Below are positions 28,801 through 42,196 of a stretch of 64,000 bases of DNA, one piece after another. Within the stretch, counting starts at the first letter, position 1. Every line of letters starts with the position of its first letter. The notes beneath the pieces were generated by a model. That model was not told the origin of the DNA and made no database searches. It saw only the letters and a program-made list of their open reading frames with translations. This stretch comes from Octopus vulgaris (lineage: Eukaryota): positions 55,676,001 through 55,740,000 of the forward strand of contig OX597816.1 in NCBI GenBank assembly GCA_951406725.2, read 5' to 3'. Position numbers and translations under genes: made by a program.

Positions 28801-30063
28801 TAACTTTACCCAGATATTACTGATCCAAATGATTCATGTCGAAGGCTACCAATCCTAGCATACAACGAACTGTGTTTTTTTTTTTTTATCTCTTATACAA
28901 ACTGGAAAGCGGACAGAACAGAGCAAGCAGAATATTGTGACCGATGATTACAAGACTGGAACTTTGTTGCAACTGAGGTAGCAAGTAGATTTGATATCAA
29001 AGTCAGGTAAAAGCTGAAAAAAGAATACGATAATGACTTGAAGTATGAACTTGTCAAATACTAAACTAATGGACTTGACTGAGTCATGACTTAGCGAAAT
29101 ATTATTTGGATTGGGAAACTGTGGTGAAGTGTTTAAGTATAAAAACTGGAGCGCTATAGCTTAATCATGGAGTGGGTGTAGTACAGAAAATTTGGTTACG
29201 TGGATGAGCCAGAATTATTCAACAATTCCATGTTTCTGTAAATACAGACACAAACAGCATAGAAGTTATTTATAGCGTAGGTTCTGTAGAAATTTTAACG
29301 ATCTTATTCAGATCCCCCAGTTTAGAACCATGGCCAAAATATTCCATCATTTAAGGCAAAGCTAGCAACACGAATTTGACTTTGGCACCATAAAAGTCAT
29401 TAACACCAATGTGAACAACCTTAGAAGAGATCGATCGTACGCTGTATAAAGCAGTGGTAGTTTATTTGTGAATTTAGTGTTAAATAGTTGTACAGAAGGT
29501 TCTAGAAGAATTACGAAACGTTATAAAAGCTGCGATATTGATCTCCACAGGTACTACAGGACTCTGTTGGTCAATATTGTGATAAGATGTTCTCACGTTT
29601 ACTACTTATTCTCTCTTTGATAAGTATGAACAATTTTCATTTACATAACATATTTATACTATGAAGACGTTCGCTTATCATATTCGCTGCTCTATGTGTG
29701 TTGCTTTATTCAAATAATGGTTGAAGATGTGTAAATACAAATCTTTCGTGTGATAAAAAATATGGAAACTTATAAAAATATCTGTGTGGTTATTTGCAAC
29801 TCTACTCACATCCTACCTCATATACAAACTGTCGTGGAATAAGATTAAACAATTTTTTTTCGAGTAGCAGACATTTTAAAGTTCGACGCTAAACAACTGC
29901 TAGTCTGAATATAATTATGTTTCATTTCTTAAATCCAGAATCTGTGTTACTGAAACGATTCAGTTCAAGCGATAAACAACAACGAAAACGTAAACTAAAA
30001 CAAAAAAACAAGTATTTCAAAAACAAAAGCAGCAGTACATGTTTTTTCCAAATTTTGGCAAAA

Positions 30064-30089
30064 GGTATTATTATTATTATTATTATTAT

Positions 30090-30139
<50 letters not shown>

Positions 30140-30351
30140 ACAGCAGCAGTAGTCGTAGTAGTAACAGCAGTAGTAGTAGTAGTAGGAGCAGTAGCAGCAT
30201 CAGCAATAGTAGTAGTAACAGCAGCAGTAGTAGTAGTAGTAGTAACAGCAGCAGTAGTAGTAGTAGTAGTTGTAGTAGAAGTAGTAACAGCAGCAGCAGC
30301 AGTAGTAGCAACAGCAGCAGTAGTAGTAGTAGTAGTAGTTGTAGTAGAAGT

Positions 30352-30437
<86 letters not shown>

Positions 30438-30450
30438 CGATAATGATAAT
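30064..30450. repeat. Compound (ATT)/(AGT)/(AGC) microsatellite
   Basis: Directly visible; source of the poly-S/L/T ORFs. Confidence 0.97.
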
Positions 30451-30539
30451 AACAGTCTCAAGTATTTGGGAATAAGATATAATTAAAAACAAGGAAAAGA
30501 GGGGAATCAGATGGGTACTTCAGAAGGTTCAAGTTCTGA

Positions 30540-31330
30540 CAGAAATCTAAATTAAATTCTGGAAACGTTGCAAAGTGAATGAGTTGAGGTATTGTGAGTT
30601 ATGTGGTCGCTCTTCTGAAATGCAACAAAGAGGAACTGCAAGTGCAGAAGGCTTTGCATAAAAAGGACAGTTGTGGACAAGCTGTATATGAAACGTAAAA
30701 ATGGAGGAAGGAGATCGATCAGTGTGAAGGATTGCATGTACATGGAAGTAAAGACTCTCACTCAGTATCGTAATGAAAGCACTGAAGAATTGCTAGTATG
30801 AGGGAACAATGTTGACATACCAAGAGCAGGACAAACAGAAGATGAAGTACTTGAAAAGAGAAAAGGAAAGTTATTTGGGAAATCATTTACATACTGAGTA
30901 TATGAAGAACCCTGAGGCAGACGGAGGCGAAGAGACCTGACTCCTGGACATTATATCGATATTCTTCAATTATCCTTCAGTTCTTCAATTGGTTGGAAAA
31001 GGGAATTCTCATTAAAGAGACTGGTGGCAGCTGAGGATCGAACCCTGTGGACAAATTGTGCAAAATGTAGGCAATAGTCAATGTATCTCTATTATGCCTT
31101 AATATTCCAAACTGCCACAGATAAACAGTAAAAATATTGGAGATATGATAAATGTTGCAAGGATTATCCATTACCAAATGTGTAAGACGTGTGGACGTTC
31201 ATTGCTATGAACATGCACTGGGAAAAAGAGAATGATAGGGTTAAACTTCTTTGAGACATTTCTATGGATATGAATCATGTCCTAGAGAACAACATTAACA
31301 AGTGATGTAAGAGCACTGATAGCACAAAAG
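30540..31330 (+). mobile_element. R4/Dong-like LINE, C-terminal half (thumb, CCHC region, REL endonuclease lead-in)
   Basis: VDKLYMKRKNGGR, WLEKGILIKET, NVARIIHYQMCK, CYEH, ENDRVKLL; many stops and frameshifts. Confidence 0.75.
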
Positions 31331-31439
31331 AACATAATATTGACTTAAAACAATAAAGTCTGTACATTGATTGACATGAATATTCTTTCTGGTCATCATA
31401 TCTCGGCAAAAGGATTTGAAAAGCTAAAAAAATATTTAA

Positions 31440-32020
31440 AAATTGCTCATTGAAACGGGGAAAAAATGGCATCGCAGGACGGTTCCAATACCAGTGATTG
31501 TATGAGCACAATGAATAATTTTAAAAAATGAAATGAAGATTATTTGAGACTGAATCTCGGCTGGCCATTCATACAAGAATTGGAAAATATTATTATAACT
31601 GGTACGACACACGTACTGAGGAGTTCATTGTCTCTGTGATTTTTCTTTCTTTTTACCCCCATTTTTTCTTTGTTTAGGTTTTGGCGATGGTTAACATCAA
31701 GAGAGGTATATTTCAAAGACATAGCCTATCAACCTTGCTGTTTGTGATTTGTATGATACTACGAAGAATGACATTGGAGTGGACTTGAAAAGAGGAAGAA
31801 AATTAAATCATCTGTTATATATTTAAAGATCTTTGGGAAGACCGAACATGAAATAAATGGCCTAGTTTCAACAGTGCAGACATTCAGCAAGCATATGGCA
31901 ATGGAATTTGGGACTAAAAAGTGTGACATTGTCATAATACAAAAAAAGGTAATTAGTGTTGTCTGATCGTGTCGATCTGCTCAAAGCAAGGAAATTGAAA
32001 CTAATGGATATAAATATCTT
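31440..32020 (+). mobile_element. R4/Dong-like LINE RT core fragment
   Basis: VNIKRGIFQRHSLSTLLFVICMI, KINHLLY, FSKHMAMEFGTKKC. Confidence 0.85.
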
Positions 32021-32114
32021 CACTAGATGACAATGACACTCTTCTTTTAATTTTGACTCTATATCTTCTGGAGGAGTTACCTCAATACTTTATATAATAA
32101 TAATCTTTTATATC

Positions 32115-32160
<46 letters not shown>

Positions 32161-32854
32161 TTATGATGATGATGATGATAAAAATAAATATGCCCTGATG
32201 CAGTACCAAGCAGTGGCTTCTATGGTTTCTGATCTTAACTGATTGGAAGTGTCATCATGTACCTTGTTTTGTCTTGGCATGAAGGATGGGCTACAGAAAA
32301 TATTCTGCTCAACACCACAGATTTTCTTGTCAGTTATTTTACCTTAACCAGTTGAGCATGTCCTTTTGTGGCTGACGATATGTGCATCTCTGATCATGAG
32401 CAGAAGTAGTGGGGGAGTATCATAGTTATGTACTGAGAGGGATTCTTTACGGTTCGGATAATTCATCTCTGGAAACATGGGTGTTTTGTTCAACATCTTT
32501 TGTTCGACTCTTATTCAGGGACTTTTTGAGCGGGATGGACTACTCAGCCTGAAGAAAATTCTAATTGCCCCCACTCCCGCTGCAAGGTCATGCGCTGTTT
32601 TCTTGATATGAGATCACCATGTTGCGCATGTATGGTTGTGATGCATTACCTCGTGTATCCTTATCAGACGCGTAGTCCTGATGGGTATACTGGGCATTGT
32701 ATATTTTACCCCAGTGTCATTTTGAGGATGATGATAGTGATGATGATGATGATGATGATGATGACGATGATGATGATGACAATGATAATGATAATAATTA
32801 TAATAAGCTCGGTACAAGACAACGACCGCAATCATCTAGGATATATCGATCCAA

Positions 32855-33200
32855 ACTGACTAAGGCATAAAATCTAATCGTCCAGACATAATAGTCAAGG
32901 ATTGAGGAAAAGATGGCTGCCTACTGATAGACACTGCAGTCTCTTCTGATCCAAATATTGTTGAAAGAGTAGTGGAGAAATTGTTCAAGTACAAAGACCT
33001 CGAAATTGAAGTAATCAAAATGTGGGGCATGAAGGTAAAAACATACCAATAATAATTGGAGCATTGAACGTGATAAAAAAAGAAACCATACAAACAAAAA
33101 TGTAGAAGCTATACCTGGCTCCTCAACACTACACACTGTCCAAAGATAGCCCTGTTAGGAATATCCCACAGCCTACGCAATACACTGTCAATCAAATGAT
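32855..33200 (+). mobile_element. R4/Dong-like LINE REL endonuclease fragment
   Basis: NRPDIIVKD...CLLIDTAV...EKLFKYKDLEIEVIKMWG (PD-D/ExK type). Confidence 0.85.
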
Positions 33201-33534
33201 ACAACCTAAACGAAACAACCCACGAATAAAAGACACACTCTATACAATTACCCAGAGAAATAAACTCCCACCAGCAAGCTAGATGACCAAGGCATTACAC
33301 ACTCAAGACACAATACAAGCAGCAACACAACAAAAGACAGCACCATACTCCAAGGAAATAAAATCTAACACAATACACTACCGGGAAGAGTTGGCGTACT
33401 CACAACAACAGAAAAGAACACACAATAATGTACACACTCCAATAACACGGAGGTGTAGCAGGTGATGCAGTAGAAATTTGCCTCAATCTACCAAATATTG
33501 AACAGTTATATAATAATAATAATAATAATAATAG

Positions 33535-34210
33535 TTGGGCAGTATTTTTATTTAGCTATTCAGCAGCTTTTGTAGATTGGACAAAAACTGAATTAGCAAA
33601 GCTAGAAAGAACTAGAAAGGCAAATATGGCACATCGAAAATCTCAGTCAGATAGCAAATGTAGAATCTGCAGGAAAAGAAACGAAATTATCAATAATATT
33701 TTGAGTGAGTGAAGTAAACTAGTTCAAAAGGAGTATAAGAACAGAGATGACTGTGTAGGCAAAAGTGTGCATTGGGATGTTAGCTGAATATGTGGCTTCA
33801 AAGCAACAGAAAATTGCTATGAACACGACCTAGAGACTGATATAGAAAATTTGAATTACAAAACCTTCTGAGAATTTTTCATAAACTATTACCAGATTAC
33901 CAGAGCAAGGAGACCAGATTTGATTTCAGATAACAAAATAAACAAAGAGTATAAGATCACAGTGTTTGAAATTCTCACCAGAATTTTTTGAAACAATGAA
34001 TACCAGCATCTAGACAGAGCGCTGGGGAGACTGGAAGATCAAGGCAACAACAATTATCCTTGTAGTAATAAATACACTTGGCACTTCACCCAAAATGCTA
34101 TCTAAAAGACTGAAAGAAATTGGAATTAAAACTCGGACTGTCGATCTGCAGAAAAGTACCATTCTGTATTCTGCAAGCCTCTAAAGAAGAATTCTTGAGA
34201 TTTAAGAAGA
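33535..34210 (+). mobile_element. R4/Dong-like LINE CCHC plus REL endonuclease fragment
   Basis: SKCRICRKRNE..., KEYKNRDD, VHWD, CYEH, RRPDL, DLQKSTILYSA. Confidence 0.8.
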
Positions 34211-35197
34211 CTTGGGCTTACCAAACCTCAAAACAAAATACCTGGTACATAAATTAGTATTCACTAACATCATAATAATAGATACTTCGTTTGGTATGCT
34301 TAGTCGAATCATATATTCAATATATAGAGCTCGATTCGATCTCACATCACATTCACCGATTTTATAACGAATTTGGAAATAAACAGGCTAGAAAAGTATG
34401 CTGAGAAGTATTAGGAAAACATCAGAAGAAATAAATACAAAAAAACATGCTATTAAATTTTGCCATTAACATTCAAAAAGTAGTGTGAGAATACTAAATT
34501 CAGTATATATATATATATACATATACATATACATATACATACATACATACATACATACATACATACATACATACATACATACACTTAAGAAAAATTGTTA
34601 AAATACATATCATCCATCATGCAAGAAAAAGAAATATACCTATCAAGCATATTATTAGTTTTGTGAAAATTTATGTCATTTTATGTTTTTAAAATTATCT
34701 TAGTGAAAGATAGTTACACCTACGAAACATTGTAACAGGTTTTCAGAAAAAAAATATCTGTTATTCAAAGTTTGCTCACGGGCCATCTTGTATCAACATT
34801 TCACAACTAATATAATGATTTCTTCTTTTTTTTTTTACTTTTAATACTTTCAATGGCTTCACTTATTAAGATATTAGTAGTTTACGAAGAATACATACAA
34901 ATATATATATATATATATATGTGTGTGTGGAATATATATATATATATATATGGAATATATATATATATATATATGGAATATATATATATATATATGGAAT
35001 ATATATATATATATATATGTCTGCATGTATGCATATATACAAAGACATGCGTGTGCCAGTTGCTATATATGACTACATACATAAACGTTTGTGTGTATGT
35101 GTGTAGAGAGTGAAGTATTCATAATTAGATATGGTTATTTTAAAATATACACACACATACATAAGTACATGCATATATACATACATACATGCATATA

Positions 35198-35265
<68 letters not shown>

Positions 35266-35684
35266 CAAACACTAAGTAAATCTTGTATAAAATACTAGAA
35301 ATGGTGCTGTGTCTCGAAAGAAAATGATACAGAATTCACTTTAGTTATTACGAATAAAAGGATATGATTTCGATTTCTATCCGGGCAGTTCGTGGTGTCT
35401 TTGAGTACACCACTTCATTTCACTTTGGTCCAGTCAACTCCGTTATAAATTATCAAATGCCGATTCGGATTTATCTTGACTCAAGTTTGGTAGTGCCTAA
35501 ATAGGCCCCTAAAACTAGAGAAGGTAGGAAATAAGAAGCTTGTTTATACTACCTCGGTTATTACTGAATGAGCTAATGCAACCAAGATTGGGTGCGTTAA
35601 AATAGGAATTTTAAAAATTTTGATAAAAAGACGAAGTATGGGTGCAGCTGTGGATGTCTGAGAATAAAATTATTTCATAGAATT

Positions 35685-35795
35685 CCGAGTTAAGTCTCAC
35701 TGCATGACTTCTGGGGCATGTGTCTTCTAATATAGCCTCATGCCGACAAAGCGTTGTGTGGAGATTTGGTAGACGGAAACTGAAAGAAGTCCGTC

Positions 35796-35800
<5 letters not shown>
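35685..35800 (+). mobile_element. SINE family A fragment
   Basis: TGTCTTCTAATATAGCCTC...GATTTGGTAGACGGAAACTGAAAGAAGTCCGTCG. Confidence 0.7.
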
Positions 35801-35847
<47 letters not shown>

Positions 35848-36441
35848 TTTCTTTATCATTGATATGGTTTCTTTATCATTGGTTTGAGACGTAATTTATG
35901 AGTTGCTTTAAATAAAAATGATACTTGTAACGAGATGGTAGAGCTCAATATATTTATGCACCAGAGTAAAGCTTTTCGGGAGAACAGGAATTAATATCAT
36001 TTAATGAATGAAAAGAGGACTAAATTTGGCTTACCGTCTCCATTTGCTTACAGCTGCGTCCCCTGTGACAAATAAGGCACTCTGAGATGATTGCATGCGT
36101 AACATCACATAATTTCCACGGAGCACTTAAAATCACACGATCGTTATTGCGAAAAGCATTTAAATATATGGCGCCCAAGTCGAAGCTCTACGTGTGATGC
36201 AGGTTATTACAGAAAGAGATATAAGCTAATGAAGGTGATAAACTGATGCCATTTATTTTGTTATTCATTTAAACAACTCCCTTTATTCCTCCTCATTATC
36301 TCTCTTTATCTCTCACATATACGTACATGAACGCACACATACACACAGGCACACACACACACATATATATGCATACATAAATATATACACTATATATAGA
36401 TATATGCATACATACATACACACATATATACACACACACAG

Positions 36442-36476
<35 letters not shown>

Positions 36477-38024
36477 AAGAAATTACAGAAGGAACAGGAC
36501 AGGCACGCACTTTGCATACTTTTGATATAATTGTTAACATATCTTGTATTGTGCTTGTCGGCCAGTTTCGCTTTCGATATTCGTGACATTAAAATTTATA
36601 TAAATACGCATTTTCTTAAGAGTCTTTTTGTCCATGTTGAGTGTGGAGTTTTTGAATGAACGATTCAACAAGAAGAAAAATCTAAATGGGGGGGGGGGGG
36701 GGGAATTTGTTATCGTTATTATTGTGGACAGGGGAGATAATTTTTCATCTTTCAGTATTGAGGGCAAATATATATATACACAAATTTTCAAAAACTAGAT
36801 TAGTGGGGAGAAATATGTAGAGTGATGGGTATGTAATCGTGAATTTAAATGAGTTAAGTTAATTATGTGTGCATATTTAGACGTGTTCTGCAGTTTACGA
36901 TGAATAAATTTTCTTTATTTAAACGTTCTTGTAAAGAAATTTATCTTTGCACTGGTAGAAGAGGAAAACTGTGAAAGTTGATTTGATGTTGCCTGCACAT
37001 CGCTCTATGTGTTCATTTAAAAGAATTTGTCTGTATTGCAGGAATTGGATCTGCTCTTCACGTAGAGTGGTTTTCTGTCTCATACTTGTCTCATACTTGT
37101 CTCATACTTGTCTGTCCTATATAGAGATGTTCACAACCCGAGTAAGTTATTACATAAATTAGATTCTCAGCAGCACAAGTGAAGTCGGTTTTAATCGTGA
37201 AGCCCTCACCTTATTTGAAAAGGAAATCCGAGCAGTCAAGTAGGTTGGAGCATGTTCCACAGTTTAGGCGTCCACATTTTTAACCATTGGTTTCGTGGTT
37301 ATTGTGTAAAGCTTCGCATTTGTTAGAAGTCTCTTAACGATTTGTGTTGCTTTTTGCATCTGATGAGTTTATGCGCTTTCAGTATGTTGTTCATTTTTGG
37401 GTCTCTAGTTAGTAAAGAGAGATTTTGCACAACAGTGTTGCATGCATCATTGTTTCTAGGGTTGGGGGTTCGATATATACAGTAGTGTTTTGAGATGAGG
37501 TGTGGTGTTATGTTTTTATGTCTAATTTCCAGGCACGCTTAATTCGTGTACAAGTGAGGGCGGATATTGTCTTTCAGTTAGTGTTGTTTGTAGGTGTTGA
37601 AGACGAAGGTCACGAGTAGCTCTATCAGACACTATTGTGCAAATCGTTTTTGCTAAATTAATGGGGATTTTTATTTTGATGTGTTTTGGGTGGTATGAGC
37701 TTTCGAGTCAATTGGTTTATGATAGATATCAAATATAATTTGGTTGTTGACTTTTTAATTCAGAAATGGAAGCTGTGCTTTGCTATATTCCGTTGTGGAT
37801 TGAATGTTACTGTTTATGTCATTTAGTGTTGATTTGAATTCCAAACGTTTGTCATTCATAAACTCCACACACGACATGGACAAAAGATTCTTCCGAGAAA
37901 CTATGTATTCAAATAAATTTTAATGTCATGAATAGCAAAAGCGAAACCGGTCGACAAACACAAGATATAATGAACATCATATTAAAACTATGCAAGCGTG
38001 TGCATTTTCCTTCTTTAATTTCTT
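36477..38024 (-). mobile_element. 5'-truncated Penelope-like element: GIY-YIG remnant with inverted pLTR arms
   Basis: Minus strand KCGRLNCGTC...DFTCAAENLIYVITYSGCEHLYIGQT...EHIERC. About 190-bp inverted repeats at 36477-36660 and 37855-38024. Confidence 0.88.
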
Positions 38025-38035
38025 ATATATATTAT

Positions 38036-38240
38036 TTCTTTATTACCCACAAGAGGCTAAAGACAGAGGGGACAAACAAGGACAGATATCGACCCCAGTG
38101 CGTAACTGGTACTTAATTTATCGACCTCGAAAGGATGAAAGGCAAAGTCGACCTCGGCGGAATTTGAACTCATAACGTAACGGCAGACGAAATACGGCTA
38201 CGCATTTCGCCCGGCATGCTAACGTTTCTGCCAGCTCGCC
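38036..38240 (-). mobile_element. SINE family B (internal deletion)
   Basis: Reverse complement of 54731-54961. Confidence 0.88.
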
Positions 38241-38287
<47 letters not shown>

Positions 38288-38297
38288 CATATAGGTG

Positions 38298-38331
<34 letters not shown>

Positions 38332-38349
38332 CATATATATATACATGTG

Positions 38350-38970
38350 CTTAACTCCCCTACCCTTTTCATCTGACTCCCCTCCTCTCGTCTCTTACTC
38401 TGACACCTACTTCCTGTCTTCACTCCAATCCACCTTCTGTCTTCATTGGTACCCTCTCCATCCACACCCACCCAACACATCCCCACACATCCCACTCATA
38501 CTTACCCCACCTATACCCCCACACCAATCCTCACAAACTAGCACTGACCACTTCTCAGTATTATATAAATACGCATTCCCACCATCATTCCCACACGCAC
38601 ACACCATAATCCACACACGCGCACACTTACACATCCACATGTTAAAAATCACTAGATCCTACCCCCACACACACACTCACATACATATACGCACGCGCAC
38701 CTTCGTTTTGGGATCACCAGTATTATCTCCCCTTATTTCTAGCTCACCTGTCAGACTATTTTTCCCCACCAGTTGCCATCAATGATCGCTAAGTCCACCA
38801 GTTTTCTGTTTTTTATTCCCTCTCTGTTTATTTCCTCATATATATTTCTGTTGAAGAGCTTAGGCTCGAAACATAAACGACTTTCTCACTTTCCCGAGTG
38901 TGAAACTATTGCACCTGCTTATTGTTCATACACCTGTCTTCGTCTTTTGTTTTTCTGTAAATTCCAACTA
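38350..38970 (+). mobile_element. PLE pLTR-like repeat with degenerate hammerhead at 38845-38878
   Basis: CTGTTGA-A-GAGC-TTAG-GCTC-GAAAC-ATA; flanked by (TA)n. Confidence 0.5.
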
Positions 38971-39733
38971 TATATATAATTACAAGACTAGATAATGTTG
39001 CAAAAGGCAGAAAAAGATATGTTAGAGAATGTTTGATATATTTGTTACTGTGAGTGATTTAAAATATAACCGGTTTCGATCTATCCATCTTACCAAATAT
39101 TAAAAAGATTTTTCAGAGAGTCAAAGAGAAAAAAGCTGGGTGTTAACAGTTTGTAGCCATGTTTTAGTGTATAGTGACATTTTAGTTCAGAGTCACTACT
39201 TATATATGATTTGTCTATGTAGGTTTGGGGTGGCGTTCAGGAATTCTAATGAAAAGAGGTCTTTTGAATTGAATAGGTAGTTTCTATTCAGGATGTGGCC
39301 AGCTGTGTGTATATGTTTTTGGAATATATTGTCAAAACATTTTTGTTTTTCCTTTTACTATTGAGAGAAATGCGTGCGCTTATCATTCCGTACAAACAAA
39401 TGTTCAAATTGATTATATTCGTTTTTAATCGATTGTAGTTCTCCGTAAACAAACATGAAACAGATGTCTATTTTTAATTTTCAACATAATTTATTTTTAA
39501 TAAAATTCATTGCCGTCATATGGTTTCCGTTGGCCATACGTTTTTCTTTCTGTATAAATATTTAATTTTGGCATTAGAAGAATCTAAACACATACTTTAT
39601 GCTTGTAAAGTATGTTTATTTTCGCTTTTGGCCAACTTATTAATGATATTAAATCAATGACGGACGGAAACAAAATATATTTACACACTAGAAAAATATA
39701 TGTATATATTCATTATATCTAACTAGCTATTCA

Positions 39734-39806
<73 letters not shown>

Positions 39807-40862
39807 CAGTAGAGGTACAGGTATAAATCCATTACGGCTATTTCTAACTATTCATTTAATTGGCCAATGAAAACATTACATTGTTGTAAAGAAACCGATT
39901 TTGTCAGAGGACTTCATGAACTTCAAAACAAAAAAAAACATTCAAAATGATTTAACATAATTTTAAATCCACGGAGTCAATTATTCTTTCCTCCTCCTAA
40001 AATCCCTACTAACCTCTAAGTTTTTCCCTTCTCATCAAATATACACCATTCTGGTAAATCCATCCGGTCAACTGAAATAATAGAAGAATCACTGTTTAAA
40101 ATCCGCAGAGTAAAACCATTTACAATGTCAAATCATTTTGCATGTCCTTTATTCAAGTTCATGAATTCCTCTGACGGAAACGGTTTCTTTGCTATGATGT
40201 AATGCTTTCATAAGTCAATTAAAGGAGTCGTTAGAAACGGCCGTATTGGATTGACACCGGAACCTCTAGTGTTACTCATTTATATGTTATTCACTTCTAT
40301 CGGAACCTGCGCTTCGGAACTATTATGGACCGTATATTTAATATAAGCTACATGTCTGAAGACCGTATATTTAATATACGCTATATGTCTGAAGAGCTCA
40401 AGAGCGGATTTCTTCGCTCATCTGGGTCTAAATGTCTACATACACTGACTGGATGAATATCATTCTGCCGATAATTGCGTACCAAGTTTGATATTTACAT
40501 AATATTGTTGTGTGTGTATACTATTCCGACCTAACGATGTACTTTAATTCAAGCACCTGATACAACTGAATCTCATATATATACAACTTATAAGTTGTTT
40601 ATAAATTTAACCTTTAAAGGTTTTTTGTAATATCTTGGCCATTGATAACATTTTTCTCGAAAATTTTTTTCCCACATTAGATGTTAATTTAATAGTGTTC
40701 ACTTCCGGACTTTCTCACTCTTTGAGAGTTTTCAATTTGTCTCGAATGGGCTGGAGAATTTCTATTATTGGATATATTTGGGGTACTTAACTGTGCTCAG
40801 GACTTAGTGTTTGCTTCTTCCATGGGTATGAGAAAGTATTTCATTTATTCATTTGCTGCGTT

Positions 40863-40916
40863 TATCACTGACGAAGAGAAGGTTCTTATGAATTAACTCT
40901 GAAATCGGGTCCGATA
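40863..40916 (+). ncRNA. Minimal type I hammerhead ribozyme motif
   Basis: TATCA-CTGACGA-AGAG(18 nt)CTCT-GAAA-T-CGG-GTC-CGATA: intact core, 4-bp stem II, GUC site, stem I TATC/GATA with one proximal mismatch. Confidence 0.7.
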
Positions 40917-41139
40917 TAGTAATAACGGAATTTTTTTAGAAATTTATTTCGGCTTTCTTCGAGACGCGTGCCTATAGTGATGAATTATATGGTTATGGAC
41001 GATGTGTCTAGCTTCGGCATATTTGGCATTAGAATTGTTTTCTTTTGCCCTTGTTTATAAGTTGTTTATAAATTTAACCTTTAAAGGTATTTTTCAATAT
41101 GCTGGCCATTGATAAATTTTTTTCGAAACATTTAATCCC

Positions 41140-41183
<44 letters not shown>

Positions 41184-41266
41184 ATATTTAATCCTTCACC
41201 TCTGCTACTATCTGGCATATACAGGTGCTTACACTTATCAAGTATTCACTCTAAATTTACAGTACC

Positions 41267-41301
<35 letters not shown>

Positions 41302-41312
41302 GAGGAGGAGGA

Positions 41313-41615
41313 GACCACCTTCGGTCATGACTAAACATGGGATTGCACCTAGAAAGTTACCCTCCGAGGCACAAGTCTGGGCAAGGTTGTTTATGGAAAG
41401 CTAGCAGTCGCCCATGCATACAAGCCTCCCCTCTCCACACCACTGATTTTATCCAAGGAAAAGGCAAAGGCCGATACAGCTTCGCACCAGTGAGGTCGCA
41501 ACTAATTTCCACAGCTGCGTGAACTGGAGCAACATGAAATAGAGTGTCTTGCTCAAGAACACAACACCCAGCCCGTTCCGGGAATCGAACTCACAACCTC
41601 ACGATCGTAAGCTCT
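41313..41615 (-). mobile_element. CORE-type SINE, family D
   Basis: Matches 21560-21800 and 59625-59810. Confidence 0.85.
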
Positions 41616-42158
41616 ACCAGATAAGCACATAAAAGTGAAGCTAGGTGGGAAAAATAGCATTCAAATATCGGAGGTAGTGTAATATGTTTTATTATTAAAG
41701 CTTCAAAAAGATCGCAAATATATCACAAAAACTTCTACTCAGAGTTTCACGTTACCGTACGTCGGGAAACTCCGAGTAGCAGTTTTTTATTATATGTTTG
41801 TGATGTTTTTGAATTTTTAATAATAAAATGTATATATATAGTCAGTATGTTCGATGACTATATATATTTTTATTTACATTTTATTTACATTTTTTAGTGC
41901 TTTCTTCCGTTATCGGATCTATCAAAAGTGGTTTAAATTTAGATTTCTTGGCCTTTTTATACATAAAATATTCTGGGGTTTACCACGCAAGGGAGATGAA
42001 AGAAAGAAAATGAGAAAAATTTCCGAGTTTATTTCGCCACAGATATGAATCTTTAATTGCATTAATCAATTTTTTTCAAACATTTGTACTTATGTATGTG
42101 TGATGTGAGTATGTGTGCATAAATATAAACATGTACATATATAGCATATATAGAATGC

Positions 42159-42196
<38 letters not shown>

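Noticed and set aside
29917-30492. Poly-Ser/Leu/Thr ORFs
   Set aside because: Trinucleotide microsatellite; no coding evidence.
38216-38785. 189-aa Pro/His-rich ORF
   Set aside because: Low-complexity (TA)n and CA-rich repeat sequence.
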